Assembly: GCA_944381125.1 (NCBI GenBank) | Contig: CALWKB010000017.1 | Span: 8,092 to 72,091, forward strand | Direction of reading: 5' to 3' | DNA: 64,000 nt | Source: an uncultured Mediterraneibacter sp. | Lineage (GTDB): Bacteria; Bacillota; Clostridia; Lachnospirales; Lachnospiraceae | In this document: positions 48,030 to 57,601 of the stretch, one piece after another | Layout of the letters: each line of letters begins with the position of its first letter | Position numbering within the stretch: position 1 is the stretch's first letter | The notes under the pieces: model-generated | Databases searched by the model: none | Seen by the model: the letters and a program-made list of their open reading frames with translations, nothing else | What the model was told of the DNA's origin: nothing | Program-made: the position numbers and the translations under genes

Positions 48030-49016
48030 ATGAAAAAAAGAATCACTGCGGTTCTTCTGATTACTGTTCTTACTGCTGTTCTGGCCTCAGGCTGCAAAAA
48101 AAATGTAGGCACGCCGGAAGATAACGCGGTAGTTGACGAGCAGGAGAGCGGTCAGAAGGAGACAGAGACAGAACGGGTTTTCGGCTTCAGCTGCAGCGAC
48201 CTGTCCAATCCTTTTTATATGGTTTTAAACGAAGCGCTTCGGTCAGCGCTGGAGGAAGAAGGAATCAGTCTTATAACTCTGGACGCGGAAGCTGACACGG
48301 ATATTCAGATCAGTCAGGCTGACAGGCTGATTGAAGAGGAGGCTGAAGTTGTATTTTTGTGCCCGGTGGACTGGGAAGAGGTCACTCCCGCGCTGGAAAA
48401 ACTGAATGAAGCGGGAATACCGGTCATTAATCTTGACACCGAAGTAAAGGAAACGGATCTTGTAAAGGCTTTTGTAGGTTCGGACAACCGGAATGCGGGA
48501 TATGTGTGCGGAGAAGATCTTGTATCGCGCATGCCGGAAGGGGGAAGAATCGTTATTGTGGAGAATTCCGGCATAAATTCTATCAATGAACGGATCACCG
48601 GATTTGAAGAGGCGGTTTCGAACAGCGGTTTCGAGGTTGTAAAGCGTATTGATGCGGGCCGGAAAAAGGTGGAGGATGAGATGCGCCTGCTCCTGGGGGA
48701 GGAGCAGATTGACGCTGTCATGTGCGGAAATGATGTGGCGGCGCTTCAGGTGCTCAGCGTTCTTGACCGGGCGGAGAAAACAGGAATTCTTGTATACAGT
48801 GTGGACGGTTCGCCGGATATGAAAAGCCGGCTTCTGGAGCAGGACAGCCCTGTCGCGGGCATCGGAGCGCAGTCCCCGATCACAATGGGGAAAACTGCCG
48901 CAAAAACAGCTGCCGCTATACTGAACAGGGACAGATATGAGAAAGAGACTTATGTAGAGACGTTTTTTATCAACAGAGAAAATGTTGATATGTATGGAAC
49001 AGACGGCTGGCAGTAG
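48030..49016 (+). CDS. RbsB-like sugar-binding lipoprotein (no adjacent permease or ATPase)
   Basis: Lipobox LASGC; NPFY, VGSDN..AG, ER..GF, ND, VDG, AQ.P..MG motifs of Peripla_BP type I. Confidence 0.85.
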   Translation: MKKRITAVLLITVLTAVLASGCKKNVGTPEDNAVVDEQESGQKETETERVFGFSCSDLSNPFYMVLNEALRSALEEEGISLITLDAEADTDIQISQADRLIEEEAEVVFLCPVDWEEVTPALEKLNEAGIPVINLDTEVKETDLVKAFVGSDNRNAGYVCGEDLVSRMPEGGRIVIVENSGINSINERITGFEEAVSNSGFEVVKRIDAGRKKVEDEMRLLLGEEQIDAVMCGNDVAALQVLSVLDRAEKTGILVYSVDGSPDMKSRLLEQDSPVAGIGAQSPITMGKTAAKTAAAILNRDRYEKETYVETFFINRENVDMYGTDGWQ

Positions 49017-49029
49017 AAAGGAATAAAGT

Positions 49030-50856
49030 ATGAAAAAAGTTAAAGGAAGTCCGCAGCCTTTCGGGGTATCTGCAGAAAAAAACAGGGTGAATTTCGCGGT
49101 ACAGGTACCCGCCGGAAAGGAATGTGAACTTTTGCTGTATAAAAAAGGACAGGAGATTCCAAAATACCGCTTTGAGATGCCGGAAGATGAGGGGATCGGA
49201 GAGGTCAGATTCCTGGCGCTTGAAGAGATCAACGGTTCAGAGTACGAGTATAACTTCTGCATCGCGGGGCAGGTTTTTGTAGATCCGTATGTAAAAGAAC
49301 TTGCCGGAAGAGAGGTGTTCGGCCGCGCCAGAGATGTGCAGAAGCATCAGGTGCGCGGGAGAATCGTTCCCCGCGGGTATGACTGGGAAGGCGACAAAAG
49401 GCTTCATATTCCCTGGAATGAGGTGATTGCCTACAGTTTTCATGTAAGGGGACTGACAAAGCACAGTTCCTCCCGTGTGGCTCACAAAGGTACGTACAGA
49501 GGAGTGATTGAAAAGCTTCCGTATATGAAAGAACTTGGCATTAATCAGATCCAGTGTATGCCGGTATACGAGTTTGACGAATGTACAAAGGGCAGGATAA
49601 ATTACTGGGGGTACGGGCCGGCCTACTATTTCGCGCCGAAAGAAGCATACGCCGCGGGAGACAGCGCGGTGAAAGAACTGAAAGATATGGTGCGCGCCTG
49701 CCACAGAGAAGGTGTGGAAGTGGTGCTTGAGATGCCGTTCACGCAGGGCGTCGCAAGTCAGACGGCCCTGGAATGCCTGAGGTTTTATATGCTGGAGTAC
49801 CATGTAGACGGCTTTGTCGTAAATCCTTATACGGTTTCCTGGGAACTGCTCCGGGAAGACCCTCTTTTAAAGGATGTTAAACTGATAAAAAGAGAGGACG
49901 GATTCCAGAATGTGATGCGCCGCTTCCTGAAGGGCGACGAAAATATGATAAATGATGTAATCTGGGCTCTGAAACATAATTCCGCGTATGACGGCGTGTG
50001 CAATTATATCACAACCCATACCGGATTCACTCTCTGGGATCTTGTGTCCTATGACTGTAAGCATAATGAGGAAAACGGAGAAAATAATACGGACGGTCCG
50101 GATTATAATTACAGCTGGAACTGCGGAGCGGAAGGACCGAGCAGAAAAAAAGCGGTTGTCGAACTGCGCAGAAATCAGGTGAGGAACGCTTTCCAGCTTC
50201 TTCTGACCGCTCAGGGGACGCCGTGTATTCTTGCCGGAGATGAGTTTTTTAACAGTCAGAAGGGAAATAACAATGTGTACTGCCAGGACAATGAGACAGG
50301 ATGGGTTAACTGGAGCAGACTTAAAACAGATGATTCTCTTTTCCGATATGTGAAGGATCTGATCGCTTTCCGGAAAAATCATTCCTGCATGCACAGGGCG
50401 GAAGAATTAAAAGGTATGGACCGAACAGCCTGCGGCATGCCGGATGTATCTTATCACGGGGAAAGTGCATGGCAGGTAAAAGCCGAAGTGTCAAGCAGGC
50501 AGCTGGGCGTGCTTTACAGCGGCGTCGGGCCGGATGACGAGGCGTGCTTCATCGCTTATAATATGCACTGGATTCCGCACGTGTACGCGATCCCGTCTCC
50601 CGGAAAAGGCAGGAAATGGTATCTGGCCGGAACTACCGGCAGGGGCATTCTTGAGACTCCGGAGCCGCTGAAAGAGCAGAAAGAGGCGGAACTGGAAGAG
50701 AGAAGTATCTCATTATACGTCAGCAGAAAGACGGAGGAAGACCCGAAAAAAGCGGGAAAAACCGAAAAGAATCTGACGACGCGCAGGAAAAGGCAGCTGG
50801 AAGGCAGGGATGAAAATGAAGACAGTCCGGCATTTTTGCACAATCACAAAGCATAA
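49030..50856 (+). CDS. GlgX/isoamylase-like GH13 protein with substituted catalytic residues
   Basis: CBM48-like N-terminus, NYWGY, FTL.DLVSY..KHNE.NGE.N.DG, GTP.ILAGDEF.NSQ.GNNN.YCQDN; GH13 conserved regions are altered. Confidence 0.85.
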   Translation: MKKVKGSPQPFGVSAEKNRVNFAVQVPAGKECELLLYKKGQEIPKYRFEMPEDEGIGEVRFLALEEINGSEYEYNFCIAGQVFVDPYVKELAGREVFGRARDVQKHQVRGRIVPRGYDWEGDKRLHIPWNEVIAYSFHVRGLTKHSSSRVAHKGTYRGVIEKLPYMKELGINQIQCMPVYEFDECTKGRINYWGYGPAYYFAPKEAYAAGDSAVKELKDMVRACHREGVEVVLEMPFTQGVASQTALECLRFYMLEYHVDGFVVNPYTVSWELLREDPLLKDVKLIKREDGFQNVMRRFLKGDENMINDVIWALKHNSAYDGVCNYITTHTGFTLWDLVSYDCKHNEENGENNTDGPDYNYSWNCGAEGPSRKKAVVELRRNQVRNAFQLLLTAQGTPCILAGDEFFNSQKGNNNVYCQDNETGWVNWSRLKTDDSLFRYVKDLIAFRKNHSCMHRAEELKGMDRTACGMPDVSYHGESAWQVKAEVSSRQLGVLYSGVGPDDEACFIAYNMHWIPHVYAIPSPGKGRKWYLAGTTGRGILETPEPLKEQKEAELEERSISLYVSRKTEEDPKKAGKTEKNLTTRRKRQLEGRDENEDSPAFLHNHKA

Positions 50857-51355
50857 ACTGCTTGTGATGAAATACTGTTTCCGGGTCGGCCTGTACCGGC
50901 AGGGCCTTCTTCATGATCTGTCAAAATACAGCTGGACGGAATTCCGCGTGGGATGCCGGTATTTTCAGGGGAACAGGAGTCCGAATAACGCGGAGCGGGA
51001 GGAGACGGGGTGTTCTACCGCCTGGCTGCACCACAAGGGAAGAAATAAACATCATTACGAATACTGGATTGATTACAGTCTGGACGGGAGCGGAAGACTG
51101 ACCGGAATGAAGATGCCCGTAAAGTATGTCGTTGAGATGTTTATGGACCGGATTGCCGCGAGCAGGGTATATAAAGGCAGCAGCTATACGGACAGTTATC
51201 CTCTGAAATATTACCGCCAGGCAAAATCCAATACGCTGATGCACGAAGAGACGTGCGCGCTGCTGGAACATCTTCTGTGCATGCTGGCGGATAAGGGAGA
51301 AAAAACTACTTTCCGCTATATCAGGCGGGAAGTACTGAAAAACAAAAAATATTAA
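50810..51355 (+). CDS. HD-like protein, probably DUF5662 family
   Basis: H..TIT.HK, GLLHDLSK, WLHHKGRNKHH.EYW, EM..DRIAA; family name from recall. Confidence 0.7.
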   Translation: MKMKTVRHFCTITKHKLLVMKYCFRVGLYRQGLLHDLSKYSWTEFRVGCRYFQGNRSPNNAEREETGCSTAWLHHKGRNKHHYEYWIDYSLDGSGRLTGMKMPVKYVVEMFMDRIAASRVYKGSSYTDSYPLKYYRQAKSNTLMHEETCALLEHLLCMLADKGEKTTFRYIRREVLKNKKY

Positions 51356-51452
51356 AAAGTGCGGAAAGGGCATTGCTTCTGCTCCAGTGTGAATAAACAC
51401 CACCCGGCCAGACGGCGATGCCCTTTTCAGTGAGAAACGGAGGATTCGGAAA

Positions 51453-51938
51453 ATGGAGATGAAAAAGATCGCCAGTTTTACGGTGGACCATATCCGGCTT
51501 GTGCCGGGAATATATGTATCCAGAAAAGATGTAGCGGATGGCGCGGTAATAACAACTTTTGATATCCGCATGACAAGTCCGAATGATGAGCCGGTAATGA
51601 ATACGGCGGAAGTTCACACGATCGAACATCTGGGAGCAACATTTCTCAGAAATCACGAAATATACAAAGACCGGGTGATATACTTCGGGCCGATGGGCTG
51701 CAGAACCGGCTTTTATCTTCTTCTGGCGGGAGACTACATATCTGCGGATATTGTGCCTCTGATGCGCGAGATGTTCACTTTTATCGCGGAATACCGCGGC
51801 GAAGTGCCGGGGGCAAGTCCGAAGGACTGCGGAAACTGTCTGGACATGAATCTGCCTATGGCGAATTATCTGGCGAAGAAATATCTGGCCGATGTGCTTG
51901 AGAATATTCATGATTTTCAGCTGAATTATCCGGAATAG
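51453..51938 (+). CDS. luxS: S-ribosylhomocysteine lyase (AI-2 synthase)
   Basis: IASFTVDH, TFDIRM..PN, HTIEHLGA, GPMGCRTGFY, CGN. Confidence 0.97.
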   Translation: MEMKKIASFTVDHIRLVPGIYVSRKDVADGAVITTFDIRMTSPNDEPVMNTAEVHTIEHLGATFLRNHEIYKDRVIYFGPMGCRTGFYLLLAGDYISADIVPLMREMFTFIAEYRGEVPGASPKDCGNCLDMNLPMANYLAKKYLADVLENIHDFQLNYPE

Positions 51939-51953
51939 AAGGAGTGTGCGCCG

Positions 51954-52598
51954 ATGATATTGTATTTTGTAAGACACGGAGAAACTGACTGGAACAAAAC
52001 GCATAAAGTACAGGGACAGACGGATATACCGCTGAACGATTACGGCCGCCTCCTTGCTCGCGAGACCGCTGAAGGAATGAAAAATCTGAAAATCGATCTG
52101 GCGTACACAAGTCCCCTTTCAAGAGCAAAAGAGACTGCCGAAATCATACTTGACGGCAGGGGCGTTCCCCTGATCCAAGACGGCAGGATTAAAGAATTCT
52201 CTTTTGGAAGTTATGAAGGCATGTACTGCGGAGGAGAGAATCAGGATCCGAAAAGCGTGGAATTTAACCGCTTTTTCACAGATACGGCAAATTATATTCC
52301 GCCGGCGGACGGAGAGACAGTCGCACGTCTCTATGAGAGAACCGGTGAATTCCTGGCGGAACTGTGCGGCGCAGAAGAATTGCGGGAGAAAGCTGTTCTC
52401 ATCTCCACGCACGGGGCCGCAATGACCGCGCTGCTCAACCGGATCAAAGGCAATCTGAGTGTGGACGGATTCTGGAGAGACGAAGTGCCTCCAAACTGCT
52501 CGGTTACAATTACAGAAGTCGCAGACGGGAAGCCGGTCATAAGAAAAGAAGCGGTCATTTATTATAAAGAACAGGTAAAACATTGGAAAACCTGTTAA
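51954..52598 (+). CDS. Histidine phosphatase family protein
   Basis: RHGETDWN, TSPL.RA.ETA, E..FG..EG, THG. Confidence 0.92.
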   Translation: MILYFVRHGETDWNKTHKVQGQTDIPLNDYGRLLARETAEGMKNLKIDLAYTSPLSRAKETAEIILDGRGVPLIQDGRIKEFSFGSYEGMYCGGENQDPKSVEFNRFFTDTANYIPPADGETVARLYERTGEFLAELCGAEELREKAVLISTHGAAMTALLNRIKGNLSVDGFWRDEVPPNCSVTITEVADGKPVIRKEAVIYYKEQVKHWKTC

Positions 52599-52615
52599 AA
52601 AGGGACAGGGCAAAT

Positions 52616-52664
52616 CTTAATTGGGGACGTAGTAAAATCCGATTTTACTACGTCCCCAATTAAG
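52616..52664. repeat. Perfect 24-bp inverted repeat with a 1-nt centre
   Basis: cttaattggggacgtagtaaaatc-c-gattttactacgtccccaattaag, between convergent genes. Confidence 0.95.
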
Positions 52665-52668
52665 TGTT

Positions 52669-54303
52669 TTAATCGTTTTCTTCTGTCTGTACGGAATATG
52701 TCTGACGTTTTCTTGCCATTTCATCGCTTTCCAGATATTCGTCATAGGTCGTGATTTTGTCGATCAGCTGACCGCCCGGCACGATTTCCATGATGCGGTT
52801 GGCTGTTGTCTGGACGATCTGATGGTCTCTGGAACTGAACAGGATAACTCCCGGGAATTTGATCATTCCGTTGTTCAGCGCCGTGATGGCTTCCATGTCC
52901 AGGTGGTTGGTCGGCTCGTCGAGAATCAGTACGTTGGCGCCCGAAATCATCATTTTGGAGAGAAGGCAGCGTACTTTTTCTCCTCCGGAGAGAACTTTGA
53001 GTTTCTTTACGCCGTCTTCTCCGGAAAAGAGCATTCTTCCAAGAAAGCCGCGTACATAAGTGACGTCTTTTTCTTCTGAATACTGGGTCAGCCATTCGGT
53101 GATGTTGTAATCACTGTCGAACTCTCCGCCGAAATCTTTCGGGAAATAGGCCTGGGATGTTGTGACGCCCCATTTGTATGTTCCCTCATCCGGCTCCATC
53201 TCTCCGATCAGAATTTTGAAGAGTGTTGTTTTTGCGAGTTCGTTGCCGCCGACAAAGGCGACTTTGTCATCATGTCCCAGTGTAAAACTGATGTTATCGA
53301 GTATTTTTTCTCCGTCGATTGTTTTGGAGATACCCTCTACTGTCAGCACTTCATTGCCGATTTCACGGTTCGGACGGAAATCAATATACGGGTATTTTCT
53401 GCTGGAGGGCTTGATTTCTTCCAGCTGAATTTTCTCCAGGGCGCGCTTTCTTGATGTAGCCTGTTTGGATTTGGATGCGTTTGCGCTGAAACGGGAGATA
53501 AATTCCTGGAGCTCTTTAATTTTTTCTTCTTTTTTCTTATTTGCCTCTTTCATCTGGCGGATAAGAAGCTGGCTTGATTCATACCAGAAATCATAGTTTC
53601 CGGCGTAGAGCTGTATCTTTCCGTAGTCAATGTCCGCAATCTGAGTGCAGACTTTATTGAGGAAATAACGGTCATGGGATACAACAATAACGGTATTGTC
53701 AAAATTAATAAGAAATTCTTCCAGCCACGCAATCGCGTCCAGATCAAGATGGTTGGTCGGCTCGTCGAGGAGCAGGATGTCAGGATTGCCGAAAAGAGCC
53801 TGCGCCAGAAGTACTTTGACTTTTTCAGGGCCGGTCAGCTCCTTCACATATTTTCCGTGAAGCGCAGTGTCGATGCCGAGTCCGTTCAGCAGCGAAGCGG
53901 CGTCAGACTCTGCCTCCCATCCGTTCATGGTGGCGAACTCTGCTTCCAGTTCGCTTGCGCGGATCCCGTCTTCGTCGGTAAAGTCTTCTTTGGCGTAAAT
54001 GACTTCTTTCTCTTTCATGATTTCGTAAAGGCGGGCATTACCCATAATTACCGTATCGAGAACGATATATTCGTCGTACTTATACTGGTCCTGCTGCAGA
54101 AAAGAAAGCCGCTCGCCGGGAGTAATGGCAATTTCACCTTTTGTCGGTTCAAGCTGTCCGGACAGTATTTTCAGAAAAGTTGACTTCCCGGCTCCGTTGG
54201 CTCCGATAAGACCGTAACAGTTTCCTTCTGTAAACTTAATGTTGACATCTTCAAAAAGCGCTTTTTTTCCGACGCGCAGCGTTATATTATTTGCACTAAT
54301 CAT
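52669..54303 (-). CDS. ABC-F family ATPase (YbiT/YkpA-like)
   Basis: Two ABC domains (GANGAGKST ... LDEPTNHLD; LSGGEKVR ... LDEPTNHLD), no TM; start after AAGGAG. Confidence 0.93.
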   Translation of the reverse strand: MISANNITLRVGKKALFEDVNIKFTEGNCYGLIGANGAGKSTFLKILSGQLEPTKGEIAITPGERLSFLQQDQYKYDEYIVLDTVIMGNARLYEIMKEKEVIYAKEDFTDEDGIRASELEAEFATMNGWEAESDAASLLNGLGIDTALHGKYVKELTGPEKVKVLLAQALFGNPDILLLDEPTNHLDLDAIAWLEEFLINFDNTVIVVSHDRYFLNKVCTQIADIDYGKIQLYAGNYDFWYESSQLLIRQMKEANKKKEEKIKELQEFISRFSANASKSKQATSRKRALEKIQLEEIKPSSRKYPYIDFRPNREIGNEVLTVEGISKTIDGEKILDNISFTLGHDDKVAFVGGNELAKTTLFKILIGEMEPDEGTYKWGVTTSQAYFPKDFGGEFDSDYNITEWLTQYSEEKDVTYVRGFLGRMLFSGEDGVKKLKVLSGGEKVRCLLSKMMISGANVLILDEPTNHLDMEAITALNNGMIKFPGVILFSSRDHQIVQTTANRIMEIVPGGQLIDKITTYDEYLESDEMARKRQTYSVQTEEND

Positions 54304-54580
54304 CTGTAATCTCCTTAATTTCTGAAACTGATGACAGGCCCGCATCCGACGGACAGGCCGGGAAAATCAGGAAAAATCCCCGGACGTCCGGAAACAGGCC
54401 GGATTTCCACCGCTTATATTAACATGGGTCAGAGTCAAAGGCAAGGCCTGACTTTATCACACAGAGGAAGACAAGTATAAAAATTAAACTTACAGTTCCC
54501 GTCAGAAGAAAAACAGTATATAATAGCAGTGTCAGAAACCGTCAGGACAGCAGAAAAGTATGGAAGCGAGGGAAAAGTCT

Positions 54581-55444
54581 ATGAGCATAAAAAAGGCGAC
54601 AATGGTATTGGAAGGCGGCGCTACCAGAGGAGTATTCACATCAGGGGTTCTGGATTATCTGATGGAGAAGGATATTTATACGTCTCACGTAATCGGAGTA
54701 TCCGCGGGAGCATGCAACGCGGTGGATTATGTATCCAGGCAGCCGGGCCGGACCCGGGACTGCATGATTCCAAAAGATAAAGAACTGGGATATTATTATG
54801 GAATCCGCGATTTTGTAAAAGAAAAAAGCGTGATGAATATGGATCTGATCTTTGACAGGTATCCGAAGGAGATCTACCCGTTTGACTTTGAGACTTACTT
54901 CAAGTCAGAGATGGAATGTGAACTCGTGACAACGAACTGTCTGAACGGAAAGGCAGAGTATATGAAAGAGCGCGAAGACAGAGACAGGCTGATGAAGATA
55001 TGCCGGGCGTCCAGCAGCATGCCGCTTCTGACGCCGATTGTAAATGTGGACGGCGTGCCCTATCTGGACGGCGGACTTGCGGATTCGGTGCCGATCCGAC
55101 GGGCGGAAAAAATCGGGAACGAAAAAATCATTGTTGTGCTTACAAAAAATGCCGGATACCGGAAGAAGACGGTTTCAAAAGGCCTGCAGAAAATATACCG
55201 GCGGGCATACGGCTCCTATCCGGAACTGGTGCGGACAATATTTCGCAGAAGCTTTGAATACAATAAAACCATGAATTATCTGGATCAGCTGGAAAAAGCA
55301 GGAAAAATATTCGTAATCCGGCCCCAGGTAAGACCGGTATCACGCCTGGAGCGAAATGTGGAAACGCTTCATGCGTTTTACGAACACGGATATAAACTGA
55401 TGGAAAGAAAAATGGATGCTCTGACGGAGTATCTGGAAAAATAG
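54581..55444 (+). CDS. Patatin-like phospholipase
   Basis: EGGATRG, GVSAG, LDGG. Confidence 0.93.
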   Translation: MSIKKATMVLEGGATRGVFTSGVLDYLMEKDIYTSHVIGVSAGACNAVDYVSRQPGRTRDCMIPKDKELGYYYGIRDFVKEKSVMNMDLIFDRYPKEIYPFDFETYFKSEMECELVTTNCLNGKAEYMKEREDRDRLMKICRASSSMPLLTPIVNVDGVPYLDGGLADSVPIRRAEKIGNEKIIVVLTKNAGYRKKTVSKGLQKIYRRAYGSYPELVRTIFRRSFEYNKTMNYLDQLEKAGKIFVIRPQVRPVSRLERNVETLHAFYEHGYKLMERKMDALTEYLEK

Positions 55445-55459
55445 GAAGGGGGAAATTCA

Positions 55460-57583
55460 ATGAGCAGACCGGAAAATCTGGATTACACACAGAACCGGGA
55501 ACTGTCCTGGCTCCGGTTTAACCAGCGGGTGTTGGAGGAAGCGCAGGATGAGACTGTTCCGCTGATGGAAAGGATGAAATTTGTCGCCATATTCACCAGC
55601 AACCTGGATGAGTTTTTTATGATCAGGGTAGGCAGTCTGTATGATATGGCGGCGGCAGACAACACAAAGCTGGACATACGTTCCGGAATGACGGCGAAAG
55701 AGCAACTGGCGGCGATTTACAAAGCTGTCGCGCCGCTGTACAAAGAGCGGGACAGGACTTACGCGGAGATCAAAAAACAGCTGCATCCCTACGGCGTGTG
55801 CGGACTTGGATTTAAGGAACTGGAACAGCAGGAAAGAAAATACGTAAAAAAATATTTTAAAGAACAGATTCTTCCGGTCCTTTCTCCTCAGATTGTGGAT
55901 GTGAATCATCCGTTTCCTCATCTGCTGAACAAAGAGATTTACGTAGTGGCGAATCTGAGGCAGGGAAACAAAACAATGCTGGGAGTAGTTCCCGTCCCCC
56001 AGTATATTTCGGACGTCCTGTTCCTCCCCGGACATGATATCCGGTATATCCGCATGGAAAAAGTAATTATGGAATATCTGGAACTTGTGTTTGAAAAATA
56101 TCAGGTTTCGGATAAAAACTATATATGCGTAACAAGAAACGCGGATATCGCGCCGAACGACGAACTGATGGCCGACAATGAAGATTTCCGGTTTGTTATG
56201 CAGGAAACTCTCCACAAAAGGAGAAGGATGGCCGTAGTCCGCCTGGAGGCGGCGAATCCTCTCGGAAAAGAAATGGAGAAATATTTCTGCGAGAAATTTT
56301 CCATCACGCCGGAGTGTATTTTCCGGACCAAGATGCCCATGAAACTGGGATTCATATTTAATATTGCGGATAAAGTTCCGGAGTCCATGAAAAAAGCGCT
56401 TACGGATTCTCCGTTTATTCCGCAGCCGTCGTCCATGCTTTCGGAAGGAAGTGTGATGGAACAGGTAAAGAAAAAAGACGTGCTTCTTGCGTACCCGTAT
56501 GAAAGCATGGAGCCTTTCCTGCAGATGATCAAAGAAGCATCCACCGATCCGGATGTGATGACTATCCGCATTACCATTTACCGCCTGGCGAAAAAGGCCC
56601 GCCTTGTGGAATACCTGTGCGCGGCGGCGGAGAATGGCAAGGAAGTGACCGCTCTGATCGAGCTCAGGGCAAGATTTGACGAGCAGAACAACATTGAGTG
56701 GTCCGAGCGGATGGAGGAAGCGGGCTGCCGTGTAATCTACGGGTTTGAAAACTATAAAGTTCATTCCAAGATATGTCTTATCACATACAGAAATAAAAAT
56801 GAAATCCGGTATATCACCCAGATCGGAACAGGAAATTATAATGAAAAGACGGCGAAGATGTATACGGATTATTCTCTGATTACATCCAGCCAGGAAATCG
56901 GGGAAGACGCGGCGGTCTTTTTCAAAAACATGTCTATCGGCAATCTGGACGGGGTATATAATCATCTGATTGTTTCACCTACCAGCCTGAAGCAGAAAGT
57001 CCTTCAGCTTATGGATGAAGAGATTGCCAAAGGTACAGAAGGAAGAATTCTGATGAAAATGAATTCTGTGACAGACATGGATTTTATCCGCAAAGCGGCC
57101 CAGGCCTCGCAGGCAGGGGTGAAGATTCAGCTGATTGTAAGAGGCATATGCTGCATTCTTCCGGGAATTCCGGGAAAGACGGAGAATCTTCACGTAACCA
57201 GCATTGTGGGCAGATATCTGGAGCATCCGAGAGTATTTGTCTTTGGCAGCGGTTCCGACGCCAGAATTTATATCGGTTCGGCGGATATGATGACCCGGAA
57301 TACGGAAAACCGTGTAGAGGTGGCATGCCCGATCTATGATGAAACAATCAGAAAACGTCTGCTTCACGATCTGAAAGTAATGCTTTCGGATAATGTGAAG
57401 GCGCGCGAAATGACAAGCGACGGCACTTACCGGAAAAAAACCGCCGGCGACAAAAGTGTAAACGCGCAGGAAACATTTATGAAAGAAGCGATGAATGCAA
57501 GAAGGCCGTCGGCTCTGCCCGCAAAGAAAGAAAAGAAATCACTGCTGAGCAGGATTTTCGGGCGGTTCGCGGGAAAAGAATAA
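55460..57583 (+). CDS. ppk1: Polyphosphate kinase 1
   Basis: NRELSWL.FN.RVL, SNLDEFFMIRV, EL.ARFDE.NNI, KVHSKI, GTGNYNE.TA..YTD, SADMM.RN. Confidence 0.96.
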   Translation: MSRPENLDYTQNRELSWLRFNQRVLEEAQDETVPLMERMKFVAIFTSNLDEFFMIRVGSLYDMAAADNTKLDIRSGMTAKEQLAAIYKAVAPLYKERDRTYAEIKKQLHPYGVCGLGFKELEQQERKYVKKYFKEQILPVLSPQIVDVNHPFPHLLNKEIYVVANLRQGNKTMLGVVPVPQYISDVLFLPGHDIRYIRMEKVIMEYLELVFEKYQVSDKNYICVTRNADIAPNDELMADNEDFRFVMQETLHKRRRMAVVRLEAANPLGKEMEKYFCEKFSITPECIFRTKMPMKLGFIFNIADKVPESMKKALTDSPFIPQPSSMLSEGSVMEQVKKKDVLLAYPYESMEPFLQMIKEASTDPDVMTIRITIYRLAKKARLVEYLCAAAENGKEVTALIELRARFDEQNNIEWSERMEEAGCRVIYGFENYKVHSKICLITYRNKNEIRYITQIGTGNYNEKTAKMYTDYSLITSSQEIGEDAAVFFKNMSIGNLDGVYNHLIVSPTSLKQKVLQLMDEEIAKGTEGRILMKMNSVTDMDFIRKAAQASQAGVKIQLIVRGICCILPGIPGKTENLHVTSIVGRYLEHPRVFVFGSGSDARIYIGSADMMTRNTENRVEVACPIYDETIRKRLLHDLKVMLSDNVKAREMTSDGTYRKKTAGDKSVNAQETFMKEAMNARRPSALPAKKEKKSLLSRIFGRFAGKE

Positions 57584-57601
57584 AACCACAGGAGGAAAAA
57601 T

